Under the pieces are notes generated by a model. That model searched no databases, had not been told where the DNA came from, and saw nothing but the letters and a program-made list of their open reading frames with translations. A DNA stretch of 62,412 nucleotides, counting the filler, from Choristocarpus tenellus KU-1152 (lineage: Eukaryota; Protista; Phaeophyceae): the NCBI GenBank assembly GCA_964200185.2. It is 12 parts of 12 records of this genome, joined end to end, with 100 filler letters (N's around TTAATTAATTAA, not from the genome) between each part and the next. Parts side by side here need not be neighbours in the genome. Positions count along the whole stretch, not along the records: positions 4,675 to 13,267 come from CAXNAD020004554.1; positions 13,368 to 22,438 come from CAXNAD020004020.1; positions 22,539 to 25,597 come from CAXNAD020022616.1; positions 25,698 to 31,106 come from CAXNAD020010875.1; 8 more parts are not named here. One strand, 5' to 3'. Of the stretch, positions 13,193-26,247 are shown piece by piece. Each line of letters begins with the position of its first letter. Position 1 is the first letter of the stretch. Position numbers and translations under genes: made by a program.

Positions 13193-13267
13193 TGTGAAAG
13201 TGTCAAAGGTGCCAAGTTCTTTTTTGCTCAAGGGGGCAATCACAATCACCGGACTGAACTCTTTCAC
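13193..13267 (-). repeat. Fragment of another LTR of the same Gypsy family, running into the gap
   Basis: tgtgaaagtgtcaaaggtgccaagtt...ctcaagggggcaatcacaatcacc matches 12576-12650. Confidence 0.8.
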
Positions 13268-15508
13268 NNNNNNNNNNNNNNNNNNNNNNNNNNNNNNNNN
13301 NNNNNNNNNNNTTAATTAATTAANNNNNNNNNNNNNNNNNNNNNNNNNNNNNNNNNNNNNNNNNNNNATTGTGGGTATGCCCCCCCTCACTCCTGCACCC
13401 CTTGTCCCTCCTCTCCCTGTCTCCTTCTTGTACAAAGGCTTGGGATTTGTGCCTCCAGGATATGAAATGGCATATGTGGTGATTCGCTTTGTAGATCTCT
13501 AGCAAACCTGTTGGAACACTGCACCTCTGACCTCTTACCTTCACATTACTATTTATTTATTTTTTCTGTGGTAGTAGAAAGACTGTATGACTTCATCCCT
13601 CCACAAGGGGTGCTCCACATTTGCGGTGTAAACCCTGACACCCCTCCCCCTCTTTGTCTCTCTTTGCAGTCCATTTCACTATTGTTACCCCCTATTACAG
13701 TCCTTTTTTCATGGGTCATTCAAGCTATTCCAAGTATTACTTGGGTTGACTGAAGGAATCCAGTTTGGAAAAAGGCTTCCTGTGAACAACATTGCAACAG
13801 TAAAAAGACTTCACTTAGTTTGTCTGGTGCACAGTTGTGACTAACCAACCTATTGCCTCCATCTTGCACCACTCCATGTTGACAGGAGAGTGATGCATAT
13901 GGCACCTTCGAAAACATCATATCGTTCGTGATGATGGGAATCGGGGCCATCTACTTTGTGCTGGTGAGGGATAATTTTCTCGTTTTTGTAGGGATTTACT
14001 GCCAAATGTTGTTGCTCATACTTCGAACTGCTTTCTTGTGTACAAGGCATGTCTGACAGGGCTAATGATAACTGTCATACTTTACAGATATACTACTGTT
14101 GACCCCCAAGATTGAACCACTGTGTATTACTTGAGTGTACCCTATTTAGTGTACCCTATCTAACCTTTGAGTAAAAATATGAAAGTGTAATTGGATTGGT
14201 AGCCTGTGCTGTGCATTCAAACTGATAAGGCATGGGACATTGAGGTGCTTCAACTTGCATATGCTAGAATGGCTCTACAGCAACCCCAGAGATTGTAGAT
14301 TCTCTTGCCCTTTTTGTTTTTTTCACCTCTTTTCTGTATTCTCAAGGCTGAACTTCATTAATCCAACAGCATGTGCATCACGGTATTGTTTGTAGGGGAG
14401 TCAACACCCCCCAAAACTGGTTGTGTCGTGGAGGGAAGGAAAAGATGATACATCTGTACACACTGTAGGGACTCTTATGCAGATATTTCCACTGTTGCCC
14501 GGCCAGTTAAGCAATATGCAAGGCTTTTTTTGTACCACATTGGAAAGGCATTTCCTACACCTTTGTGTTGGGCAGTGTAGAATAGGTAGGCTAAGTTGGA
14601 ATTAGGTGAGATTGCAGGGTAACCTTGTTGTGAGCATTTGCATGACTCCTGCAAAAAAATACAGAAATCTGATACATCTTATGCATTTGTAGCCTAAACT
14701 GCAAACTGCTTGAACTGTTGCAAAACAGACGAGTGCAGAGTGTTCATATAACAGAACAAAACCTGACTGCAGCAGCAAGGCAGCTGGGGGGGAGGGGGCA
14801 GGCATATTGTACAATAGTAGGATTGTTAATTGTATTTGACTGAATCCATGGGCCTTGAATCACTGTAGCATAAGGGGCAGAATTACATAATGGGGTAAAT
14901 CTCTTCACACCTTTCAGTCAAGGTAATTATATGATGAGACGTATTTCATTTGCAAGTCCTTTTTATCCCCTCTGAATTTTTGCTCAGCTTGATTTAGATC
15001 CAGTACCTGTGAACTCTTTGAACAACGCTTTTGAACAAGTGGTAAAAGGGAGCTGGGTCTGTTTGGGGATAGTACATTTTTTTTGCCTCTGGAACTATTC
15101 CTGTCGTACAGTTGCTTGAAAGTGTTGGTGTTTGTCTGCTATTCAAGAAGGTTAAGTGTGTTTTCTATAGTCTGAGCATCACTGTATTGTGCACTGGAGT
15201 ATGCTTCCGAGGTGATGGTATGCAATGAAACCTCTTTGCAGCATTCCATACTCATACAGCGACAATTATCCACCTTACAGCATGGATTAGATTCACAATC
15301 CTTGTTCTCAAAGGCTAATCCTTGATGTGCTGGTTTTTTGTCACCTCTAGTACCTGATCCTATTGCTATGCAATTCCATGTCTTTAAATCGCTGCGCCTC
15401 CTCCCCTGCACTGTACAGTTACCTTCTATACTGACTGTGATGCTACATGCCTTTGGTGATTCTCCTCCAATGTTTTTAATGCACACTGTTCTGTGTATGA
15501 CCCCCACA

Positions 15509-15826
15509 GGGGCTGGCATGTATGAAGACCGTCAAGGAGGCAGAGTTTGCGAGGATGGAGGACAGGAGCGACCGCCGCTTGGGATCATATGAGTGAATAG
15601 AATGTAACGGCACTCATCATATATTGTCGGGGGGTTGTGGAGAGATTGGGGGGGAGGATCAGTTGTCAAGGAATATGTCTTGAGTGCTGTAAGCAGAAGG
15701 AATGCTGCACCGGGGATGCACTTATCATTAGACCATCAACTGTTTATACTCAGGTGTTGGCGACGCTTTTGCTTGCACTGGGGTTCTGCATACATTTGCC
15801 CTGGGGAGGAGGATGAAGAAGGCAAG
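15509..15826 (+). CDS. Possible internal exons of an unknown gene (~15509-15592 and ~15754-15826)
   Basis: AG/GT-bounded, phase-compatible segments GLACMKTVKEAEFARMEDRSDRRLGSYE and CWRRFCLHWGSAYICPGEEDEEGK. No recognisable motif. Confidence 0.3.
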
Positions 15827-18390
15827 GTGTAGTAGTGGTCATATCCAACAACTTTTTTTTTAACATACGGTTACTATATTTGTGTACATCCAATATTTTT
15901 AGGGTGATTGAAATCTTGATTTTTTATTTTTGCAGTTTTGTGTATCTGCTTGCCTGTTGTTCCACACTGAGAACAAAACTTCGGAAGTATGCACACACAC
16001 ACACACACACACATACATCGACGAACACTTCACAAACAGATAAAACACCACAATTAGGGGGTGCCTGTTCCAGTGTGATTATACAATGGGAAATAAAAAA
16101 GATGGGTGCACCCAAAATGCCTCGGATGGTGGGTGGATTCATGGATAGGGGAGTCTAGACTAAGATCGCTGGTACATTTCTTGTGTACTCTGTGTGTATC
16201 CTGTCTTATCATCTGGAGTACCATGTCCAAGCTTGTGAGATAGAACACTCTCTATATGCAAAGAGTGCACTGCACATTTTCATAACAGCAAACTTGAGGT
16301 CTTGCTGGCTACGTGTGTTTTAAAGTATTTTGATTACATTAAGTCAGAAAGAGGTATACCTGAATGTGGCTGTTCTAACCCATTATATATTTTTGCAAGG
16401 AAGTTTGTTTGGGGGTGGAGGTGTAGAGAACCAACCTCCTTGGTGTTCACAAATACACCACTACCTCCAATGTATCTGTAAACCCATTGCTGGGGGATGA
16501 CGTCACCTACCCTGCAAATGTGTTATGGTGTATCCTTGGTGCTCAACAGGACTTTCTGTCACACTTGATATCTCCATTGTTTTCCTTGTGGTTCCCCTTG
16601 TTTGCACCATCAAAGTTGATGTAATCAAACGCCAAATAAACAAGTGGATATCTTGTGCTAAGTTCATGTTTATGCTCGGATCATACATGAGGGTATCATC
16701 TGTGACTCCTTGCAAACAGAATTTTGGTGCTGGATGAATCGTGTTGCTCGTGCACCATGTGAATGATGCATTGGACACACTCAACATGGTATGGCGTAGG
16801 CCTTGTCTTGTAAGTACTCCATGTGAAAGAAACCTCTCGAGCATGTGGTCTCTTACATGTTGTGAAACATGTATCAATCCCTTTAAGACTCGGCATGGGT
16901 TGGATGCATTTTATTTCCTGGGGTTTTTCCAACAGGCTGTTTTGTTGGTGCATATGCTGGTGTTAATGGAATAGCCCTTACCCTTTCATTGGATGGACTG
17001 ACTATACATCCACCGCAGCAGAAGGTAACAGTTATATTCAGTGTCCCTTCAATGCCTTAATGATTTTCTTTGTGAGTTGTGAACTTGAGGGCGGACTTGT
17101 CAGAAATCGGAAGGAATAATATAAATTGATTGTTGAAACCTATATCCAAACTTTGTGTCCCTACACCAATGACGGTCACCTATTCCAAAAAGTCGAAAAT
17201 GCAAATCATTACATAAACATTTCCTTCTGATTTGTCAGGAGTTCGTTGCGTCCTCATCTCACAAAAACAAAACTCTGGTGAGACACGGGCTAACTTTAAC
17301 TTCTTGTTTAGAGCTTCAGTGCTCTATGTATGTGCCTCAGAGGACTTCAAGTCAACCATAAAACCACCTTTGCCCATCTTACAAGAGACGTGTTACTATT
17401 GAACATCACTTTATCCAGTGATTACTGCAATGAGCAGTTCAGGTACTCCCTTCTTAACTATTATCCACACGAAAAGTCAAAATCCTACTTTCATACTGCA
17501 GAGTTAATCAAGAAGATTAATAATAATATGTAGTAGGCAACTTTGTGGCAGATAAGTAGAAGGTGGGGTTTGTCAAAATGTGTGCTTAACTACTATATTA
17601 GTGGGTGTATGGATCTGTGACCCGATGAAGGACCAGACAAGCTCTAAAATTGGTCTTGATTCAACTCAAGGAAGTGTGGTTTACTTAAGTCAAATGTGTC
17701 ATTCACAGCTTTCAGTTAAATAATGTAATTCAAATCCATTTACTTCAACTTCAAACACAAGTCATCTGTTGCCATTTACTCATTGATATCATAGCGAGAA
17801 AATATTGGAAAATGCTAATTTGTCTCTCTACTTACTCAACAATCCGGAAAACCTTACGTAGTTGATTAAGAACAGCACGGAAACCATTGTGGATTACATT
17901 AAAGTTCCGCACAGAAGAAGCTCGTGTGACACCCCAAGCCAGCATTTCATGTTTCATGAAGATAGGTAGCCAGAAGAGTTGTATTCGAGGGCATGGCTGC
18001 ACACAAGTCATTCAACAGTGACTATTTGCAGAGCTTTCCAATCGAGATATCTAATAGATATCACATTTGGTTTTAGCTAAAAGTGAGTGTTCACGGAAAC
18101 CATGTTGAGAAACATTAAAGAGTTGGACTATTAGGATGCAGTCCTTTACAGGCAGGGGAACTGAAGAGGTGCAATGGAATAGTTGGGTGCACTGTCCAAA
18201 GCAGACACTGCAATATCCCTGCCCAAGCTTACATAGCCACCTTAGGATTTCCCAACATTGAAATAATGTGAAGGAGAGAGGAGGATCGATAATTCAGGAG
18301 ATTGTCGACTGTGTGGTCAAGCCCCCAAGTTCGACGAAGGTGGTTCAGCACTCCCACTCATCCATTTCCCCACCTCCCCCACTCTCCTGG

Positions 18391-19195
18391 CTATCGGCTT
18401 CCCTCCAAAATCCGGTACTCCTTTTGTACCTGCACGTTAGGGATGAGCGATCCATAGATCACAACAGAAAATGTAGTGGGGTTGTTGTGTTGTGGGTTTG
18501 TCGGTTCCGGCGCAAGGCGAGGCAAGGTGGTGCCCATTCCATATCAGGACCATCCCTGCAGTAAAGATTTTTCACCAAGTGCCTAACAAATGGTCTACGA
18601 AACAGTTGTCAAAATTAAGCGAAGTGATGAGGGAATAGTCTACCGTACATATGTACGCGTTTCCTTTCCATCCCTTAAGCAATTGTCACCATACTTTGTC
18701 ACAACTTCTTACTTCCTGAAGGCAACATCAAATTTTTCAGCATTGTCAATCTCACCCGAATAAGTTTGCGGGCGGGTTCCTTTTCCATGCAAGTGTCGTA
18801 TACTTGCATCAATTTTTCACACGATGCCAGTCCTGTCCTCCCAGCATCTTTGTCCTGTGCGCACAACAGACAGGAGAGGACGACCAGAAGCATCCGTCTG
18901 CTTAGCAACAATCTTGAGAGGATTTACCTATTCCCCGTACTTTACGATCACAAGACCAAGCATCCAAACTAAAATTCATGGTACAGCGTCAACATTTCCG
19001 TTGTCTATTGCTGCAGGTCATTGTCATCCTCGACCATACTGCGCTGAAAGTGCATGTCTCCTATTAACTCACACCCTCAGGCGGTTGATTTCCCTTCTCC
19101 GAGAAACAATCAAAGAATGCTGTCGCTGGCTTCTTGCAAGCTTTGGATACAAGCGGGAAATGCTCTGCAAGGCGAAGTTCCTTTGTCTCTACCAT
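18391..19195 (-). CDS. Small twin-Cx9C (CHCH-type) protein, 86 aa; exons 19195-19073, 18854-18756, 18429-18391
   Basis: Canonical GT-AG junctions, all phase 0. MVETKELRLAEHFPLVSKACKKPATAFFDCFSEKGNQPPEG|DKDAGRTGLASCEKLMQVYDTCMEKEPARKLIR|VQKEYRILEGSR*, with two exact C-x9-C motifs. Confidence 0.85.
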
Positions 19196-19616
19196 ATTTT
19201 CAAGTGTAGGTGATGGGAAAGAGGAAGAGATCATTGTATCGTATTAGAAATGGTGCTATTTATCGTATCGTATTATTTCGTGGGAAATTGAACTTGAACA
19301 TTATTGAGTTCTACACTAATTTTTTAAACTAGATATTAGTCCTGAAACTCTGGACTCTCTCTATCTCCCGCTTTCACACCCTTGAGGCAATTGAGGGAGA
19401 TAAAGAGGGGGCGAATTGGTATACTGACCCACTGCTCACTAAAAATATCTTGGATCAGTATTGGAGAGAAACAAGACGCCCTTTTTCAACGAGGTGCATT
19501 GATAATTGTACTGTTGTCAGTGATAAGCACCCTTATCTTTTGTCACGGTGTTCGACTAAAAAGCCGAGAGATTGCCAAGTGACCTTGCTTGTAGGCACAT
19601 AAGGCGCTCAAGCATC

Positions 19617-21301
19617 ATGTCAGGAATGTTGCGAGCGTTGGAGCCGTACCTAAAGCGAGTGACCTTCGAGGTTCTCTCGCCGTGGAAAGGCAACCTCGTT
19701 CTCAAGGTACCCCAACTACCTAACGACGCTCAAGTACCATGATCCTTTTTCATCTTTCTCCTAGTCCACCAAGGGCCTTCTTATTGCTAAGAGCCTCTTG
19801 TCATCTCAGCATAATACAACCGCACCCTTTGGCTTATGATTTATCCCCTTACATATCACTTTCTTGATGACGTTGTAGGCCAATCAACATGCCGCCTTGA
19901 AACCCCTTTCCACATTTTCCTCCCGGGTTCCAGGTATCTCCCTGCCGAACTTTTAGGGGGCATAAGGTTTGATCCTTCAATAGAGTTGTAGTTACCAAGG
20001 GATTGGATGTACCTCTTGGGTCATTAGGCCTGGGGTAAGAAACTCACAGCACTCGAAATAATCCACGCATGCCAGGGAGACCTCCGGAAGGCGATCGTGC
20101 CCTGGGGTTTTGTCTCGCAGCAGAAGATCCGAGAATGGGTATCGCCGGCGCGTTCTGAAGTGGAGATTGAACACCGAGCATCTCGCCTCCTTATTGATGA
20201 AGAGGAGTTCTTACAGGTATATTTGGAGACTTGCGATTGGAAGTTTGGGTTGGGGGCAATACTTCATGATCCTGTTTAGAAGCAAGGTGCATGTTACTGG
20301 AGTGTGTGGTTTTGCAAGAGGATCCGTCCCGTGTTACAGGTTGATGAATGTGAAACATTTTTTGAGCACTATTTTAATCATAACTGGTGCTTGATTGCTG
20401 TTAACGCGAGACTGAGACAATAGGAAGTGCATGCGAAGATGTTGTATTAGATCTTGGACTGTGGACTGTTTGTGTGTGCGCATGCGTGTGCATGCATGCC
20501 TGCGTGTGCGTGTGTGTGTGTCCTTCCTTCCTCTGTCGTTGGATCTGCAAGGCAAGGAAAGGAGAATAATTTCGAGTATCACCTCAGTAGTGTGCAGGTC
20601 CATCATTATCCTACACTAAACTCTTCTACCTGAGGCAACATTTTGAAACCTGTATTATACCTTGTTTAAAGATGGAAGTCATTCAATGAGACAATGCATT
20701 CAAGAGTTTAAATGTCCATGAAACCTTCAGGGTCATTCACTACTCTTGAGTATCGTCAAATGCAAAGTACCACATAAGGATTGATTGGCATCATTATGCC
20801 TCTTCTGCATTTTTATTTTTATTTACTCCAGTGGCCTGTTGCTTTTTGTAATAAGAGGCAAGACTACGTAACCTTGATTGTTGTAGCACCAAGCCTGCAA
20901 TAATGCACCTCCAGATTGAGAACCTTTAACCAGCTGCATTGGTGCCTACTATAGAATCCTAGTGCAATCCCTGAAAATGGAGTCCAAAACTATTCCACTT
21001 GCTGTCTTTCCTGTTCCTTCATTACCAACAAAGGTGTTTGTTCAACTGGTGCTCCCTAGATATTCTAGTCTTGCCTCGATACCCCCCTACTCGATCTGTT
21101 CCCTCCCAATCCTCGCCCAACTATATTTGCCTCTCTTTCTGCTGCAATGAACTTTTGTCACTCTGTAACATCATGCAGGGTACAGTAGAGGCGTATCGTC
21201 ACATCACAAGTCTATTCGCTCCTCCACGGAGTCAAGATGGTTTAGAGTATGACCAAGGGCAACTCACGGGGGAGCGGAGCACTGATTTCTTGGAGCTAGA
21301 G
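19617..21301 (+). CDS. 5' exons (19617-19706, 20028-20216, 21179-21301) of a protein with a possible Tim44/MAIP1-like segment
   Basis: Three in-phase GT-AG exons, MSGMLRALEPYLKR...DEEEFLQ|GTVEAYRHITSLF. The F-L-x-G-x-x-x-A-Y pattern resembles Tim44-like domains. Gene structure is better supported than function. Confidence 0.6.
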
Positions 21302-23245
21302 GTTAGTGGGGCAGGCAAAAGAGGGGAGTTTTTCCCCAGGGCTTGTCATTGCTTGCACCTCCTCGACCCTAACCCTTCATGCTATGCTGTTGGTTTTGTT
21401 GTCAGAAGGTGTATGCTGATGCTGCAATGGCGCTCATTCCCTCCATTCCCCACCATCATGCTGTCCTCCCCCACCCTGATCCCCCACGCTAGGTGGCCTC
21501 ACCACACTTGAGCCTCTTTCTTAATGATGTCCTCCATTCCTATCGAAAGAGAGGGCTTATTCCTCGGCTGAAGCTGACAGATGTGGAGGCCAGATTGTGC
21601 AAGATAGGAGTCCGGCTAGGAGGGGTAGCCAAGAACAGGTGAGGCAATGTCGAGTATTTGCGTCGTTTCCCCTTTGAGCAAGATAGAAGTACTATAACAC
21701 ACCTGGTTAGGTGGGTTGGGGAGGCCTAATTCATTTGAAATTACACTTCCAAAATGTGTTCGAAAATCGGGTTGGTTTTGGTTGATGCTTGTACCTGCTA
21801 CTCTGCACACAACCCCCATGTTCCCATCCTCCATCCTCTAATGGGTAGAGGGTAGATCATTCTGTAAAATGAAGTGAGATGATTGCAGGAGGCAAGCTTG
21901 TGGTGAGCGTACCACTCCACACTCCTCCAACCGCCTCCGTCAATTGTGTGCTGGCTCTTTGTTCATCAGTACAATGGATGAGCTCATTGGTGAAAGTACA
22001 TGGTACAGGGTCATAACTCAAGCACATGTTATGGTGGACTCTTTCCACATGTCCCAGAGCAGAAACCATCATTGTTCATTTTTTTTTGCCCTTTGAAACT
22101 GTGTTGTCTCTCTCCCTCCCCCCCCTTCCCTTCCTACCTGCTTGATCATATGCACCATGCTCACATACCTTGTGTGGGGCTCAAATACATGCATGCTTGT
22201 GTATTTATTGGTGCCTATCAGCCATTTCCTGGGACTGATGGGCAAGGATGAGGCCCACTATCACCTCGCCATGGGTATGGTAAGTATCCAGCAGAAAATA
22301 ACACACAACTTACTGAAGCTGCTGTAGAGTTGTATCATTCTTGCTGATGATAATAGGGGCAAGGGGGGGGGGGGGGGGGGGGGGGTGGTGCGGGAGAAAA
22401 AAAAAGTGTTAGACCGTTGTCCTTTTTTTAAGGAAATANNNNNNNNNNNNNNNNNNNNNNNNNNNNNNNNNNNNNNNNNNNNTTAATTAATTAANNNNNN
22501 NNNNNNNNNNNNNNNNNNNNNNNNNNNNNNNNNNNNNNGTCTTGGGAACACCAGTTTCTTTAACACCTAGGCTTAGGCCTCTGATGAGCCTGATGGGTCA
22601 GAGCCTGACATGGCGTATCATTCCAAATACAGAGCACAATTGCAGGATGGATGCTTTCCAAGTTAAATCATCATGCAGGAAAAATTAAGGACCACCTCTG
22701 CCTCCCACCACATCCTAAGCACCCTTGGTTTGCCACTTGCCTCAGTTCGTGTGGCACCAATGAGCCCATAAGCAATGTTGTCAGCAATCGACGTGGCAAA
22801 GAGTACTGGTTCCTGTGTGGGGTGGTTATGGGTTACTAAACAATTGTAAAACCACTGCTTGAGTAGGACATAGCAAAGCCGAAGGCTAGTGAGCAGAGAG
22901 AGGGAAGTGGGGAAAGGATGAGAGTTCTTCCTTCGAAAAGGTGTGTGGCAGGATCCACAGAGTCAATATCTAGGTTATGAAAGGAGAACATTGTCCCATG
23001 TGAGCACAGCACAACCAGAGTCACCTCATTGTCATCGCCAAACCTTGTCATGAAAATATGATGCTGTTCGAGCCTCCTCAATATAACAAACACCAATGTT
23101 TTGGAGTACTCTTGTCTCTGTCAGATGCTATGTAACAAGCAAGACAGTACAAAAAACGTACTACGGGAAAACCAACCATCACAATGTTACCACTGGAAAC
23201 GCATATACTCAAAAGCAATGCGGAAGAGCTCTAGTGCTCCAGTAC

Positions 23246-25533
23246 CTGGGAGACAAGGGCTATCCTTTCTCGCATCCAAGACAGGTTTAAGGTTCTAATG
23301 TCCACTCCATCCAACAGTACTGCCCCCCTCTCTGGATCGTAAAATCGGAGGACTAGGTTCACCGCTGTAGACTTACCACTGCCAGAGGCACCCACCTTTC
23401 AAAACAGATCAATCCAGCAAAAAAAAAGGTAGACTGACAAAAGTGGGTGGGGATGTTACTGTGCTTATCAAGTTGATGGATAACAGGGTTAGGGATTGCT
23501 ACACAAACAAATGCGGAACATTGGTTCAAGGTCAATAAGTGGATGAGAAAACATGGCAGGTAGTCAAGATCTGGAAGGCGAGCATAATGAGTACAACAGT
23601 AAGTGTAAAATCCAAAATACTCAACTGCCTATACCTCAACGTGATGACTCACGCATGAGCATTCTGAAAGCTGCAGCAAAATTGCCCCACAGCCCACATG
23701 GCTAAAATACTTGAGGTATCTCAGGTTGCAACCAAATTGGACAAGGCTCCAGTCCTTGAATCCAAGTACAACCCTCAACCCAGAGCTCTATCCTCCCTCT
23801 ATACTCTTAACTCATTCTCTGAGTTATCGTCTTTTCTTTTCTTTTCAGTAAGACTTGTGCAGTCAGTACCTACCAGCGCGACTGTTGTCCCAGGCTCCAC
23901 GGTAAGGTTGAAATCGCGAAACACCTTTGCCTCAGGGCGTGCGGGATACCGGAAATTTACATTCCTGGGGAGGCCAGTCCACAAACACAATCCCAGCATC
24001 GGTGATGGATAGTCATGCCAAGGGTAGAAGGGGTGGAAGGATTTTTTGAGTAGCCCAAGATATTGGTTGAGTATATACGCTTGGGAAATAAAACTGCGCT
24101 AAGAACCCCTTGCAATTGTACATAGTGGAGGCCTCTTGGTGAGTCACACAGAAAATACCTTCATTCACGTTCCAGAAAGGCTTTGCATTTTCTTCAATCC
24201 ATGTAGCACTCTTTTCCAAAAGCAGGTTTCATCAATCCCCCCACAAATCCTACAAAATTAGCCCAGATCATGCATGCCAGCACCAGCACATGCCACCCAG
24301 GACAGAATGTGCTTGGTAGACTGTTTACGAAAGAAGGTACTACTAACTGTAGTGTACACAACCCATTAATACGATCCTAGGCATAGAACAACGGATGCCA
24401 TGATTCGTTGCATGCATTTCTCCTAACTCTGATATCCCAAGCCCATTTTGATTGTATTCTCACTGAACATGTTGAGATTTGTCGTCTTTCAAATAGAGCC
24501 TTGAAGACCGATCGTACAATGCACTCTTCAAACTGCGTCTTTAGTGAAACCATGACACGTTATCGCATTGTGAAAAAAGAGTTATCTCATCCTCTGAAAG
24601 AGCCCTCAGTTGCGTTTGCAAAACCTACTACAGTATGTGGAGTTCTTCCACAATAGTGCGGCATAAAGCATAGACAACAAAGGACGGCCTAGGTGCACTC
24701 ACTTTGCACCTGCAGCAAAAGACACACTACACTCTGTCACAGATTCAATACCCCAAGTTGCAAACTGACCAGAATGTAAGGGAATCAAGTTAAACAAGCA
24801 GTTGTTTCCCAAGACTAGTGTGTATGTATGTACTGATTAATTCTGTACTGGGCTGAACAGGATGTAGATGAAGCAAGGAGAAAGGAATGAATCACAACCC
24901 CAAAGAAGGGGCGTTCCCTTATCATCAATAACTCAATCTGTTGATCACTAATAACTAATTTCTTGTGGTTGAACACTTGCTACAATGTTTTCCATCCCCT
25001 AACTCTTCTTTATCCTAGCTCATTGATCATACCTATCTCCTCTTCTTCAGAATACCATTTTTTTTTTTCTCTTCCATCAAACTATCGTTTCTTCCTTTAC
25101 ATAACTTTACTTTCACACAATAATTATAAACACAATCTTGACAGATCAGACAAGACGAGATAGATCACATATAACACACAAAACACAAACGGCAAACCTT
25201 GGCATGAGCACAGCTTATGTTTCTGTGTTGCCACCAGGAGCTCTCTTGGCAGAAGTTGTTGTGGAAGGGAGCACACAAAACACTCAATTATATCGTACAC
25301 ACTATCAACCCTTACCTGTCCTCTTTCCCTCACCCCCTACATTATCCCCAACCCCAACATATTGGACTCTTCACTTACCGGAGCTCAATCGAGCCCTTGA
25401 TGTCCGGCATTTTTGATCCCCCTTCATCAGTTGGGTCGATGGCTGGCTTACGATCCACAATTGCAAAGATGCGAGCTGCTGCAGCATTGGCGGCAGCGCT
25501 GTCTCCAAGGAAACTGGAAGTTTGACCAATGCC
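23246..25533 (-). CDS. ABCB (MDR/P-glycoprotein-type) transporter, internal exons 25533-25379, 23964-23874, 23395-23246
   Basis: Spliced translation [16 protein letters not shown]...KGSIELR|[30 protein letters not shown]|[50 protein letters not shown] contains Walker A and the Q-loop. Confidence 0.93.
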
Positions 25534-25940
25534 CTGTCATACGCCCATCGGGGCAAGTTGGGGGCATTTGGAGTGGGGGGGAGGGTGGTGGGGGTGGNNN
25601 NNNNNNNNNNNNNNNNNNNNNNNNNNNNNNNNNNNNNNNNNTTAATTAATTAANNNNNNNNNNNNNNNNNNNNNNNNNNNNNNNNNNNNNNNNNNNNCTC
25701 CGGGGGGAGGAGCTAGGGAGGCCTCCCAAGAATCCAATAAACCCCTTCGTGCCCATCTCCCTGGTGACCCTAGTTTAAAACGCATGACACGTCTAGATAG
25801 TGCCACTTGCGTAGTCACCGAGACAATTTGGCGTAGCCGGGATTTGACTACTCCTTTTCTACTATATCCTTCAGTTTCTCTCCCCCCACCATGTGAGTAG
25901 CCAGCTCATCCAGGAAGCATTCCGCTTGATTGCTGAGGCG

Positions 25941-25941
<1 letters not shown>

Positions 25942-25988
<47 letters not shown>
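25942..25988. repeat. (CA)n microsatellite
   Basis: Direct reading. Confidence 0.95.
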
Positions 25989-25990
<2 letters not shown>

Positions 25991-26247
25991 AATATGTTTT
26001 TTTTTCCTTGCCTGATTTGTTGAATTGATTGTTCTAATACCACCACCATTTTTATCTCTGTTACAATCCAAGTCCCTTCCAACTTTCAGAGACTAAGTGA
26101 AAACATAACTAAAACGTCCCATCGCTCCAATTTGTCTGATGCCAACTTGTGTGACATATTGAGTCGGTGATAGTATTGTTTGCATTGTTCAAGTAGGTTC
26201 AGATTGTCCCCGTAATCCCTTGTGTGTGTCATTTCCAGATCTTACCT

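Noticed and set aside
19617-19706. VPS13/Chorein-N similarity of exon 1 (PWKGNLVLK)
   Set aside because: The following in-phase exons do not continue the chorein pattern and instead show a Tim44-like motif.
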